A DNA stretch of 44,938 bases from a virus (lineage: Duplodnaviria > Caudoviricetes): positions 1-44,938 of the IMG/VR virus record IMGVR_UViG_3300032225_001931; one strand, given 5' to 3'. Positions within the stretch are counted from its first letter, which is position 1; every line of letters starts with the position of its first letter. The position numbers were made by a program, and so were the translations under genes. Under the pieces are notes generated by a model. That model made no database searches. It was not told where the DNA came from and saw only the letters and a program-made list of their open reading frames with translations. Positions 30,605 through 40,313 of this stretch are shown here, piece after piece.

Positions 30605-31092
30605 AAGCCAGTCGCAAACTTGCTGCATTGGCCGAGCGAGAACTGCCACGTATCCTTGATCAAGTGATCATTGAGGACGGAGAAAAATATCGTGCGTTTG
30701 GAAAATACACCATACATCCCATACAAGGCCTGTTCCAAGTGCGGTTAAGAGACGACGCCATAGGAATATTTTCAGGAACAAAATCCGCGCTGGCCTGGTG
30801 CATAGCGGACAATTTAAACCATCTTAATCTAGCAAGACAGATCAAAGAGCTAGATCAGTCCCTGACGAGATTACGAAATGACATATATGTGCGGCGCAGC
30901 CTAGCCGAACACACATCCGGGCACACCTGGGAAAACTTGATCAACAAGACCACAGCCAGGCAAGAGCAAAGCCAGATCCTGGAAAAAGAACTAGCGAAAT
31001 GTATAAATTTGGCTAAATACTGGCAACTACGAGGAAACTCAGATGAAACTAAACGAACTGGCCGTAACACGCCCTACACAACAAATCGCTAA
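30601..31092 (+). CDS. hypothetical protein
   Basis: ATGA overlap with the previous gene. Confidence 0.65.
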   Translation: MKASRKLAALAERELPRILDQVIIEDGEKYRAFGKYTIHPIQGLFQVRLRDDAIGIFSGTKSALAWCIADNLNHLNLARQIKELDQSLTRLRNDIYVRRSLAEHTSGHTWENLINKTTARQEQSQILEKELAKCINLAKYWQLRGNSDETKRTGRNTPYTTNR

Positions 31093-31957
31093 AGTATTCG
31101 AGGGTCATTTTGATCAACGAATGCAATTTGATTCGCTGAATCGCAATCAACTGCACAACATGTATCGCCAAGTGCGCGGTGTGTTGAGCGAAGTGCGTTC
31201 GAGCCCTGCTCGCCACAACAGCGAAAAGAATCCCAGTTATCTCAAGCTCATGATGATGGAACAAGCCCTAGCTGAAAAGATCTATGAAGATGAGATGGGC
31301 AATACAACTCCACAGCCCGGAACACCCGGTGCCGGAATGAATCCTCAACAAACTGCTGCCATGACTGCTCAACAGAAACAGGAAGAGATCAAACAAATGG
31401 AAACTGATCTCCAAAATAAGAAAGATGAAGTGGTTGATCTGCAAAACAGAATCAACAAAGCCAAGACATCTGTCACAACCATGGAATGGCGTAGCCGTGC
31501 TCGAGCCAATGGTTACTACCTCAGCGAAGGTGAAGTGCAACAAGCTCAAGTGGTGTTGGCTGCACAAGACATGGTTGACAAGATGCAAAGCATGATTGAA
31601 GACAGCACCGAGATGCAATTCAAAGAACTGCCTGCCTTGGTTGACTCAATCAAGAATCAAATCGGTCCAGATCAAGCAGCTCAGTTCAACAATGACGCAC
31701 AGGCAGCACTTAGCGGATTGGTGCAGAACTTGCAAGGCAGCAAGCAACAACTTGAACAAGCATTGGGCGTGGTCACAGGCCAAGGTCCTGTAGCAATGCC
31801 AGGCGCAGAAGCAGGCATGCCCGCAGCACCAGGTGCACCTGGCGGTGATATGGGACTTGCAGGGCCTCCTCCAGGCGGTGAAGAGATGCCGCCTGCGCCC
31901 GAAGCAGAACCAGGTGCAGCCGTACCAGCAGCAGCTCTAGGCCGCGGACGCAGATAA
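31043..31957 (+). CDS. hypothetical protein, probable head/core protein
   Basis: MKLNEL N-terminus, internal IYE and LSE sites, coiled coils and a P/G/A-rich tail. GAGG Shine-Dalgarno. Confidence 0.65.
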   Translation: MKLNELAVTRPTQQIAKVFEGHFDQRMQFDSLNRNQLHNMYRQVRGVLSEVRSSPARHNSEKNPSYLKLMMMEQALAEKIYEDEMGNTTPQPGTPGAGMNPQQTAAMTAQQKQEEIKQMETDLQNKKDEVVDLQNRINKAKTSVTTMEWRSRARANGYYLSEGEVQQAQVVLAAQDMVDKMQSMIEDSTEMQFKELPALVDSIKNQIGPDQAAQFNNDAQAALSGLVQNLQGSKQQLEQALGVVTGQGPVAMPGAEAGMPAAPGAPGGDMGLAGPPPGGEEMPPAPEAEPGAAVPAAALGRGRR

Positions 31958-32304
31958 TGCGTATCAATGAAGTAGAAGCCGACAACACAGCAGACAGACT
32001 CATGGCCTTGGCCCAGTTTGCTGCTGGTCGTGCTGAAAATACTTCCGCCAAAATGCAAATGCCGGTGGATGCGTTCATCAAACGAGCACAGAGCATGGGC
32101 ATCGATATCAATGCCGATACTTTACAGACAATGGTGGGGCAACCACCCCTAAACGGCATATTCAATCCCATGGAACCGGATGCTACTGAACTCACATTCA
32201 AAGGCAACGATCAAGCTGGTCCGGTCCAAATGCCAGTGAACCAAGCACAAGATATTGTGGCATCTGCTGCACAATCCGCACTGAAAAAAGATCGCGGAGT
32301 TTGA
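31957..32304 (+). CDS. hypothetical protein, probable head protein
   Basis: TAATG coupling and MRINEV N-terminus. Confidence 0.65.
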   Translation: MRINEVEADNTADRLMALAQFAAGRAENTSAKMQMPVDAFIKRAQSMGIDINADTLQTMVGQPPLNGIFNPMEPDATELTFKGNDQAGPVQMPVNQAQDIVASAAQSALKKDRGV

Positions 32305-32314
32305 TCCAAAAGGA

Positions 32315-32343
32315 TTGACATCGCGGAGACAATCGCTTACAAT
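32315..32343 (+). promoter_or_regulatory. sigma70-type promoter of iscU-iscA
   Basis: TTGACA-N17-TACAAT, then AAGGA Shine-Dalgarno. Confidence 0.75.
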
Positions 32344-32357
32344 GTAAGGAACACACC

Positions 32358-32744
32358 ATGGCTTATTCAGAAAAAGTTGTCGATCATTATGAAAACCCAC
32401 GCAACGTAGGATCATTCGCCAAGGATGATACCGATGTGGGAACCGGCATGGTAGGAGCACCGGCCTGCGGGGATGTAATGAAACTTCAGATCAAGGTAAA
32501 AGATGGCATCATCACAGACGCAAGATTCAAAACCTACGGGTGCGGCAGTGCTATTGCGAGCAGTAGTCTCGTTACCGAGTGGGTTAAAGGTAGGTCGCTG
32601 GACGAGGCCGCAGCTCTTAAAAATTCAGTTATTGCTGAGGAACTCGCGCTGCCACCAGTCAAAATCCATTGTAGCATCCTTGCTGAAGACGCCATCAAAG
32701 CCGCAGTAGCAGATTATCGTAACAGGCATGATCTCGTTCTCTGA
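32358..32744 (+). CDS. iscU: Fe-S cluster scaffold IscU
   Basis: YSEKVVDHYENPRNVG, APACGD, GCGSAIAS and LPPVKIHC. Confidence 0.96.
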   Translation: MAYSEKVVDHYENPRNVGSFAKDDTDVGTGMVGAPACGDVMKLQIKVKDGIITDARFKTYGCGSAIASSSLVTEWVKGRSLDEAAALKNSVIAEELALPPVKIHCSILAEDAIKAAVADYRNRHDLVL

Positions 32745-33051
32745 CACAGCTCGAACCAAAATACAACGATTGCTAGACCAACGTGGCGGCGTGGGCATCC
32801 GGTTGGCAGTGAAAACTACAGGTTGCTCTGGACTGGCTTATGTGTTAGAATACGTTGACAAACACACTGCCGACGATACCACGATAAACTATGCTCAACC
32901 CGGTTTCTCTGTGATAGTGGACAAACGACACGAAGTATATCTTTCAGGTATGCGTGTGGATTATGTTCGCCAAGGTCTCAATGAAGGATTTGAATTCTCA
33001 AATCCCAACGAGCGTGATCGCTGTGGATGTGGAGAAAGTTTTAGAGTTTAA
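32728..33051 (+). CDS. iscA: Fe-S cluster A-type carrier IscA/HesB
   Basis: TTGCSGLAY and F.NPN...CGCGESF. Confidence 0.93.
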   Translation: MISFSDTARTKIQRLLDQRGGVGIRLAVKTTGCSGLAYVLEYVDKHTADDTTINYAQPGFSVIVDKRHEVYLSGMRVDYVRQGLNEGFEFSNPNERDRCGCGESFRV

Positions 33052-33052
33052 T

Positions 33053-33769
33053 TTGTATAACCCACGATTCAATTATCAACCCATACCCCGAGTGACCATA
33101 GAGGGTAAACGATTCTATGCTACACCTGACGGCAACAACTTGCCATCAGTGACTACCATACTGGACAAGACCAAGAGTGAAGCCAGCAAGGCAGCACTAC
33201 ACAATTGGCGGCGTGCTGTGGGTGCAGAAAAAGCACAGCAGATCACAACTGAAGCTGCCAATCGCGGCACCAGGATGCATACCTATCTTGAAGACTATGT
33301 AAAAACTGGAGCGATCAAAGAACGCGGCACCAATCCATTCTCTTGGTCAAGCCACGAGATGGCTAAAACAGTGATACGTGATGGATTGAAAAATGTTTCG
33401 GAGTTTTGGGGCATTGAAGTTCCCTTATATTTTCCCAAGATCTACGCAGGCACAACTGATGGTGCTGGTATACATCTCGATGAAGAATCAATCTTGGACT
33501 ACAAGCAAACCAACAAGCCCAAGAAGCGCGAATGGATTGATGATTATTTTGTGCAGTTATGCGCCTATGCAGAAGCACACAATGAACTGCACGGCACAAA
33601 AATACGCAAAGGCGTGATCTTGATGTGCGTGAAACCCAATCTGGACGAGAACCACAATCTCATCAGCGACCCACAGTATCAAGAGTTCGTTCTTGAAGGT
33701 GCGGAATATGATCGATACCGTGATCTGTGGTGGCGCAAAGTAGAAGAATACTACACTAGGCACATCTAG
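33053..33769 (+). CDS. PD-(D/E)XK exonuclease
   Basis: PSVTTIL, RGTRMH, E, AGTTD, DYKQ and QLCAY. TTG start just after the iscA stop. Confidence 0.8.
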   Translation: MYNPRFNYQPIPRVTIEGKRFYATPDGNNLPSVTTILDKTKSEASKAALHNWRRAVGAEKAQQITTEAANRGTRMHTYLEDYVKTGAIKERGTNPFSWSSHEMAKTVIRDGLKNVSEFWGIEVPLYFPKIYAGTTDGAGIHLDEESILDYKQTNKPKKREWIDDYFVQLCAYAEAHNELHGTKIRKGVILMCVKPNLDENHNLISDPQYQEFVLEGAEYDRYRDLWWRKVEEYYTRHI

Positions 33770-33816
33770 CAGCCCAGGTGGATTCTGGCTAAATACAGCA
33801 CAGAATTAGGACTCCC

Positions 33817-35415
33817 ATGGCAATAGTTCAAGTATCACGAATAACAAACCGCAAAGGTCTCGCAGAAAACCTACCGCAATTGGCAGGTGCAGAACTAGGC
33901 TGGGCCACCGATGAACGACGATTGTTCATTGGCAATGGCACGCTGCAAGACGGTGCTCCAGTGATTGGAAACACTGAGATTCTAACTGAATTCTCAGATT
34001 TCTTGTTAGTGAATGGCGCTTACACATACCAAGGTGCTGCTGCCGGATATATAGTGCAGACTGGTGCCACATCTGGCAGTCCGGTCAGTTTGAATCTACA
34101 GCAATGGCTAGATCAATTTGCCAGTGTGTTGGACTTTGGTGCAGTGGGTGATGGGGTCACAGACGACACAGAAGCCATCAATCGTGCATTGTATCAACTG
34201 TATTGTAGAGAATCTAACCCACAGATTCGCCGCTCATTGTTCTTTCCAGCTGGTAGATATCTAGTTACCGAGTCCATCATCATTCCACCTTATGCTATGT
34301 TGTATGGTGAGGGAATCAATTCCAGTGTGATTGTGCTAGACACGTCAAGTGCTACTTCTGCGTTGAGTGATTATGTAGCCCGCTTTGGTGATAGTTTACA
34401 ACAAACAGGCGTGAACATCGGGACCAATGGTGCCACTGCCCCTACAGATATTACCATATCCAACATGGGATTTGAAAGTTTAGAGTTGGTGGATGTGTTT
34501 CTAGTTGAAGATGCATCACAATGCACTTTTGTAGATGTGAGTTTTAAAGGACCATTGGTCAAAGCCGATCTTGCAGATTCTCTTGACAACATCGCATGTG
34601 TGCATTTTGCATCCACGTTGAGCCTGGTATGCAACAACATCACGTTCCGCAGATGCACATTTGGCGGCACCACTTGGGCAGTCAGCACACCCAATCAAGT
34701 ATCGGGTTGTTTGATCACAGAAAGCACATTTGACACGCTGTATCAAGGTGTGCAACTAGGAGATCCTGCACCTGTGAATGGTGGCCCTACTGGATTCCGT
34801 ATTTTAGGAAATGTGTTCAACAACATCTATGCTGAAGGGATCTATATTGCAGCCAGCACAGTGATGAATGCCAGTGGTTACAATATGTTTTATGATGTGG
34901 GCAATCACTTCAATGGAACCACTGCACCTTCCACAGCGGTGATCAATTTTGTAGGCACTAACAATGTCAGTATCGGAGACATGTTCCAGCGCACAACTGC
35001 GTATTCTGTAACCTGGCCACGCATCAACGTCAACAATGGTGTTAACATAGCATTTGACAGCGCATCTCAAACTCAGCAAGGCACTTATGTTCGGCAAACT
35101 GGTGAATCGGTCACTGTGGCGAATAATGCGCTTAATCAAAACATCTTTACTTTTTTTGCGTCAGCAGTCAGAGCGGTGCAGATCAACTATACTGTTGTGA
35201 GAGACACCGGCACCCGCACAGGTGTCTACACTATCGTGGCCGGAACAGACAACGGTGGCACAGGATTGACCAGCAATGATACCGGATACCAAAACACATC
35301 AACTGGCGTGACCTTTTCTGTGACAGAAATAGCAGGACAAGTCAGCTGGTTGGCCAGCGCCACAAACACCGGCATCGCTGCCACTTTACATTACTCAATA
35401 ACTCGACTTGCCTGA
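33817..35415 (+). CDS. tail/baseplate protein with pectate-lyase-like beta-helix
   Basis: N-terminal L..AELGWATDERRLFIGNG, then SVLDFGAVGDGVTDDTEAI and FFPAGRY. TAAATA (33790) and AGGA Shine-Dalgarno. Confidence 0.75.
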   Translation: MAIVQVSRITNRKGLAENLPQLAGAELGWATDERRLFIGNGTLQDGAPVIGNTEILTEFSDFLLVNGAYTYQGAAAGYIVQTGATSGSPVSLNLQQWLDQFASVLDFGAVGDGVTDDTEAINRALYQLYCRESNPQIRRSLFFPAGRYLVTESIIIPPYAMLYGEGINSSVIVLDTSSATSALSDYVARFGDSLQQTGVNIGTNGATAPTDITISNMGFESLELVDVFLVEDASQCTFVDVSFKGPLVKADLADSLDNIACVHFASTLSLVCNNITFRRCTFGGTTWAVSTPNQVSGCLITESTFDTLYQGVQLGDPAPVNGGPTGFRILGNVFNNIYAEGIYIAASTVMNASGYNMFYDVGNHFNGTTAPSTAVINFVGTNNVSIGDMFQRTTAYSVTWPRINVNNGVNIAFDSASQTQQGTYVRQTGESVTVANNALNQNIFTFFASAVRAVQINYTVVRDTGTRTGVYTIVAGTDNGGTGLTSNDTGYQNTSTGVTFSVTEIAGQVSWLASATNTGIAATLHYSITRLA

Positions 35416-35834
35416 TGTGGGGTTCAACCTTTGAACAACGCCTAGCGGCGTGGACAGCTTTGCGAGATCGTGTTCGCGATCTTCCCACATCCGATGCTCT
35501 TGAAGAAATCAACGCCTGGTGGCAACGAACTCCTTGGCGTGCTTATCACTTGCACTGGGACGATCGAACAGATTGGCCCGATCCCTGGCAACTTTTGAGC
35601 GACAATATCTATTGTGATCTTGCTCGCGGGCTGGGAATCCTGTATACTATCACTGTGCTGGATCGTGATGATATACAAGATGCTGAGTTGATAGAAACCG
35701 AACAGGGCAATTTAGTCCAGGTAGAGGGTGGGAAATATATATTGAATTGGGGTAGTGACCTTGAGTTAAATACCCATCTCCAACAAAGCAAACATCACAT
35801 CGCGCAACGCGAAGTAAAACAACAATTATATTGA
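35415..35834 (+). CDS. hypothetical protein
   Basis: TGATG coupling. WPDPWQLL...YCD motif is reminiscent of transglutaminase-like folds. Confidence 0.65.
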   Translation: MWGSTFEQRLAAWTALRDRVRDLPTSDALEEINAWWQRTPWRAYHLHWDDRTDWPDPWQLLSDNIYCDLARGLGILYTITVLDRDDIQDAELIETEQGNLVQVEGGKYILNWGSDLELNTHLQQSKHHIAQREVKQQLY

Positions 35835-35840
35835 GCAGAA

Positions 35841-38156
35841 ATGACACAAATCACAGTTATCAAAAGAAACGGTCAGAAAGAACTGTTGGCACTAGAAAAA
35901 TGGCAGACGCAGATTGCCAAGGTGTGTTCGGGTATAGCAGACGTAAGTCAAAGCATGGTAGAGATCAAAGCACAAATGCATTTCTACGATGGTATCACAA
36001 CCAAAGAGATTGACGGCATCACATTACGAGCCATAGTAGATCTGATCGACGTGGAATCAAATCCCGATGTAGGCCATACCAACTATCAGTATGTGGCCGG
36101 CAAGCAACGCCTATCAATGCTACGCAAAGATGTGTATGGCTCATACGATCCTCCTCATCTATACGAAATTGTAAAGAAGAATGTGGCCACTGGACTGTAT
36201 ACTCCTGAACTGTTGGAATGGTATTCAGAGGATGACTGGAACCGCATGAATGATATCATCGATCACGACAAAGATGAGGCTCTCGGCTATGCCGCCATTG
36301 AGCAGTTGATTGAAAAGTATTTGGTAAAGAATCGTGCCACCAAGGAAACATATGAAACACCTCAAGTTCGTTACATGGTTGCAGCGGCCACAGTGTTCCA
36401 CAAGGAAGAGCCCAACACAGCCAGGATGCGCTACATCAAAGAATACTACAATGCAGCCAGTGATGGTTTGTTTACACTGGCTACCCCTGTGTTGGCTGGA
36501 TTGGGAACACCTACCAAGCAATTCAGTTCTTGCGTTCTTATCCGTAGTGATGATGACTTGGATAGCATTTTTGCCTCAGGAGAGATGATGGCCAAGTATG
36601 CCAGCAAGCGAGCTGGCATTGGTCTTGAGATTGGAAGATTGCGTCCTTTGGGCAGTCCTATCCGTGGTGGAGAGATCATGCACACCGGCATGATTCCTTT
36701 CTTGAAGAAGTGGTTTGGTGACTTACGCTCGTGCTCACAGGGAGGTATCCGCAATGCAAGTGCTACTGTTTTTTATCCTATTTGGCATCATCAGTTTGAT
36801 GATCTTATCGTGCTCAAGAACAACCAAGGCACAGAAGAAACTAGAGTCAGACACATGGACTATGGTGTGGTTCTATCCGCATTTTTCTGGCGGCGTTTTA
36901 AGAACAAAGAAAACATAACATTCTTTGACCCCAACGAGGTTCCTGACTTATATGAAGCATTTTACAAAAATACTCCGCTGTTTGAAGAACTTTACTGCCG
37001 ATATGAAAAGCAGAAAGGCCTGCGTAAAAAGACGATGGCTGCGGAGGAAGTTTTCAAGAGTGGTATTCTCAAGGAACGAACAGACACTGGACGTATATAT
37101 CTAGTGTTTATTGACAATGTGATGAGCCAAGGACCATTTGATCCAGAATATCACACCATCTACCAGAGTAACTTATGCTGTGAAATACTTTTACCTACTC
37201 GTTCCTTTAAGCGGTTGGATGATACTGATGGTCGCATCGCACTTTGCACATTGGGAAGTCTCAACTGGGGAGCCTTCCGTAATCCAGAAGATCTGCGTCG
37301 CGCTGCCCGCATTCTGCACCGTAGTCTCAATAATATTCTTGATTACCAAGACTTCTTATCCATCCAATCACAACTGTCCAACGATGAAATCCGACCACTG
37401 GGCATCGGCATCACCAACCTTGCCTACTGGCACGCCAAGCGAGGCCTGCGTTACGGGGAGAAGGATGCTCTAGCCGAGATCAAATCATGGATGGAACACA
37501 TGGCATTCTATCTCACAGAAGCATCAGTGGAACTGGCACAAGAACGCGGCGCCTGCTTGGGCAGCAAACACACACGCTACGGCCAGGGAGTATTTCCTTG
37601 GGAACTCAGAGCCCAGGGTGTGAATGAACTTGCTGACTTTGCTCCGGAACTGGATTGGGAAACCCTACGCATCAATATGAAAACACATGGTGTGCGTAAT
37701 GCCACACAGATGGCAGTGGCCCCTGTGGAATCCAGCTCAGTGGTGATCAACTCAACCAACGGCATTGAAATGCCTATGAGCCTGATCTCAGTGAAGGAAT
37801 CTAAAGCAGGAAGTTTTGTTCAGGTGGTTCCTGAGTATCACAAGTTGAAAAACAAGTATCAGATGATGTGGGAACAAAAGGACTGCGAGGGCTATCTCAA
37901 GACCGCAGCAGTGATTGCTGCTTATGTGGATCAAAGCATCAGCACCAACACATTCTATAATCCTGCACACTTTGCAGATCGCAAAGTGCCTACCACACTG
38001 ATAGCAAAGAATCTCATGCAGGCACATGTGTGGGGATTGAAAACTTTTTATTATAGCCTGATCAACAAACAAGGCAGCAAAGAAGTTGCCGAAGACGCTC
38101 CACTCATGCCTATTGATTTTGATGATGTGGAAGACTGCGAGGCATGCAAATTATGA
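35841..38156 (+). CDS. nrdA: ribonucleotide reductase class I alpha subunit
   Basis: N-terminal ATP cone (VIKRNG), QFSSC, SNLCCEI, LCTL, APVESSS, GLKTFYY and C-terminal CEAC. Confidence 0.96.
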   Translation: MTQITVIKRNGQKELLALEKWQTQIAKVCSGIADVSQSMVEIKAQMHFYDGITTKEIDGITLRAIVDLIDVESNPDVGHTNYQYVAGKQRLSMLRKDVYGSYDPPHLYEIVKKNVATGLYTPELLEWYSEDDWNRMNDIIDHDKDEALGYAAIEQLIEKYLVKNRATKETYETPQVRYMVAAATVFHKEEPNTARMRYIKEYYNAASDGLFTLATPVLAGLGTPTKQFSSCVLIRSDDDLDSIFASGEMMAKYASKRAGIGLEIGRLRPLGSPIRGGEIMHTGMIPFLKKWFGDLRSCSQGGIRNASATVFYPIWHHQFDDLIVLKNNQGTEETRVRHMDYGVVLSAFFWRRFKNKENITFFDPNEVPDLYEAFYKNTPLFEELYCRYEKQKGLRKKTMAAEEVFKSGILKERTDTGRIYLVFIDNVMSQGPFDPEYHTIYQSNLCCEILLPTRSFKRLDDTDGRIALCTLGSLNWGAFRNPEDLRRAARILHRSLNNILDYQDFLSIQSQLSNDEIRPLGIGITNLAYWHAKRGLRYGEKDALAEIKSWMEHMAFYLTEASVELAQERGACLGSKHTRYGQGVFPWELRAQGVNELADFAPELDWETLRINMKTHGVRNATQMAVAPVESSSVVINSTNGIEMPMSLISVKESKAGSFVQVVPEYHKLKNKYQMMWEQKDCEGYLKTAAVIAAYVDQSISTNTFYNPAHFADRKVPTTLIAKNLMQAHVWGLKTFYYSLINKQGSKEVAEDAPLMPIDFDDVEDCEACKL

Positions 38157-39256
38157 GCAAACAACAATACAATCTCTCCACAAAGACTGATTATCTCAGC
38201 CGCAAGATGTTCCTGGACCCTGAAGGTCCTGTCACAATCCAACGCTTTGAAGAAGTCAAATACAACAAGATTCAAAAGATTGAACAGACTGCTCGCGGAT
38301 TCTTTTGGGTGCCTGAAGAGATCAGTCTCAGCAAGGATGCCAACGACTTCAAGGATGCATCGGATGCTGTGAAACATATCTTCACATCAAACCTGTTGCG
38401 CCAAACAGCCTTGGACAGTCTACAAGGTCGTGGCCCGGCACAGGTATTCACACCTTGTGTTAGTTTGCCTGAGCTGGAAGCCTTGATGTATAACTGGAGT
38501 TTCTTTGAGACCAACATCCATAGCCGTAGTTACAGCCACATCATCCGCAACATCTACAACGTGCCCAAGGAAGTGTTCAACACCATACATGACACACAAG
38601 AGATTGTTGACATGGCAAGCAGCGTGGGCGACTACTATGATAAACTACATGAGCTCAACTGCTTCAAAGAAGTCAATCCAGGATCAGTTAGTGAAAAAAG
38701 TCACATTCGAGCAATCTGGATGGCACTCAACGCCAGCTATGCATTAGAAGCATTCAGGTTCATGGTGTCATTTGCTACCTCATTGGCCATGGTGGAGAAC
38801 AAGATCTTCATTGGCAATGGTAACATCATCAGTTTGATCCTGCAGGATGAACTGCTGCACAAAGAGTGGACTGCATTCATGATCAACCAGGTCATCAAAG
38901 AAGATCCAAGATTTGCAGAAGCCAAGGCGGAATGTGAAACCGAAGTATATCAACTGTATCTGGATGTGATCCGAGAAGAAAAGACCTGGGCTGAATACTT
39001 GTTTAACAAAGGACCAGTGATTGGACTCAATGCCAACATCCTCAAGGACTTTGTGGATTACACAGCAGTGAGCGCACTCAAAGACATTGGCATTAAGTAT
39101 CAATCACCTGCACCCAGGACCACACCCATACCTTGGTTCAACAAGCATTCGGACACAAGCAAGAAACAAACTGCACTGCAAGAGAACGAATCAACTAATT
39201 ATGTTATCGGCGTTATGAGCGAAAGCCTTGACTACGACCAACTACCCAATTTGTAA
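38153..39256 (+). CDS. nrdB: ribonucleotide reductase class I beta subunit
   Basis: FWVPEE, LDS, ETNIHSRSY (radical Tyr), LEAFRF and DELLH. Confidence 0.96.
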   Translation: MSKQQYNLSTKTDYLSRKMFLDPEGPVTIQRFEEVKYNKIQKIEQTARGFFWVPEEISLSKDANDFKDASDAVKHIFTSNLLRQTALDSLQGRGPAQVFTPCVSLPELEALMYNWSFFETNIHSRSYSHIIRNIYNVPKEVFNTIHDTQEIVDMASSVGDYYDKLHELNCFKEVNPGSVSEKSHIRAIWMALNASYALEAFRFMVSFATSLAMVENKIFIGNGNIISLILQDELLHKEWTAFMINQVIKEDPRFAEAKAECETEVYQLYLDVIREEKTWAEYLFNKGPVIGLNANILKDFVDYTAVSALKDIGIKYQSPAPRTTPIPWFNKHSDTSKKQTALQENESTNYVIGVMSESLDYDQLPNL

Positions 39257-39266
39257 GGAGAACACA

Positions 39267-39512
39267 ATGAAAGCCATAGTCTGGAGCAAAGACAACTGCA
39301 CCTTCTGTGATCAGGCCAAAGCTCTATTAGAGCAACGCAACATCGCATATGAAGAAAAGAAAATCGGGTATGGATACACCCGAGAGGACTTGTTGGAAGC
39401 TGTGCCCACAGCAAGAACAGTTCCACAGATTTTTGTGAACAACAATCACGTTGGCGGATTCACAGAACTGAGAAAATACATTGAAGAAACCGCCGGCGGA
39501 TACGGAGATTAA
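39267..39512 (+). CDS. glutaredoxin
   Basis: CTFC, TVPQIF and GGF. AAGGAG Shine-Dalgarno. Confidence 0.9.
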   Translation: MKAIVWSKDNCTFCDQAKALLEQRNIAYEEKKIGYGYTREDLLEAVPTARTVPQIFVNNNHVGGFTELRKYIEETAGGYGD

Positions 39513-39803
39513 ATGCTAATAGACAAAGGCGTAAGCCCAAACGAAGTGGTCACATTCAAACTCACATCAGGTGAAGAACTGGTGGCCAGACTCAATGAAG
39601 AAACTGCCACACACTACAAACTTTCAAAACCCATGGTGATTGCCATGGGTGCAAAAGGCCCAGGACTCATGCCATATTTGTTCACTGTGTCACCGGACAA
39701 AGATATCTCTTTGAGTAAAACCACAGTGACCGTGGCAGTGGCTAGTGATAAGGCATTTGCTGACCAATACATGCAGAGCACTACCAATATACACCTGGGC
39801 TGA
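39513..39803 (+). CDS. hypothetical protein (Sm-like fold candidate)
   Basis: VTFKLTSGEELVARL motif. Confidence 0.7.
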   Translation: MLIDKGVSPNEVVTFKLTSGEELVARLNEETATHYKLSKPMVIAMGAKGPGLMPYLFTVSPDKDISLSKTTVTVAVASDKAFADQYMQSTTNIHLG

Positions 39804-39825
39804 TTTTTTGTCCCATAAATAACGC

Positions 39826-40041
39826 ATGGGACATAGATTTGTGATCATGCAGAACAATCAGCTTGTTGAGTATGATCGATATGAAAATATCCCTGACGAT
39901 TTTGATCATGTGATAGAATTCCTTCCTGAGATACCTCCTGAGCCACACACTCACGAGCAACATGAAGAGATTGATTCATGGCATGATAGATTTTTACGAC
40001 TCATGAGGATTGAAAATGCCAGCAGCAGCAAGACAAGGTGA
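39826..40041 (+). CDS. hypothetical protein
   Basis: TAAATA-N4-ATG, with PPEPHTHEQHEE. Confidence 0.65.
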   Translation: MGHRFVIMQNNQLVEYDRYENIPDDFDHVIEFLPEIPPEPHTHEQHEEIDSWHDRFLRLMRIENASSSKTR

Positions 40042-40312
40042 CGCCGGGGTTCCACATTGTAGCCCATACAACATAGCCGCCGGCAGCGCCACGGTGTTTA
40101 TTGACGGTAGGCCAGCGGCTAGAAAAGGTGATTCGGTAAGCATGCATCTCAAACCCAAAGGCGGCATTCCGCCCTGCGCCCCGCATGCACCCAGTATAGG
40201 TGGAGGCAGTCGATCAGTGTTTGTTGATGGTCGACCATTGGCCAGAGTGGGTGATGCAGTGAGTGGTTGCACCAGTATTGGTCAAGGCAGCGGAACAGTG
40301 ATCTCGGGATAA
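40016..40312 (+). CDS. PAAR-repeat baseplate spike tip (T4 gp5.4-like)
   Basis: PAAARQGD, RPAARKGD and RPLARVGD with His/Cys ligands. Confidence 0.92.
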   Translation: MPAAARQGDAGVPHCSPYNIAAGSATVFIDGRPAARKGDSVSMHLKPKGGIPPCAPHAPSIGGGSRSVFVDGRPLARVGDAVSGCTSIGQGSGTVISG

Positions 40313-40313
40313 A

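Noticed and set aside
32954-33052. Longest-ORF N-terminal extensions (also 7414-7503, 15033-15068, 19122-19187, 44397-44498)
   Set aside because: They overlap upstream genes or promoters. Downstream starts fit gene coupling or promoter spacing better.
33053-33769. Cas4/CRISPR system
   Set aside because: The nuclease lacks the Cas4 four-Cys cluster, and no repeat-spacer array or other cas genes were seen.
33817-35415. Diversity-generating retroelement target
   Set aside because: No reverse transcriptase or template/variable repeat pair is visible in the window.
35841-39256. Introns or inteins in nrdA/nrdB (also uvsX and the helicases)
   Set aside because: The ORFs are continuous and of normal length, with no splicing or homing-endonuclease motifs.
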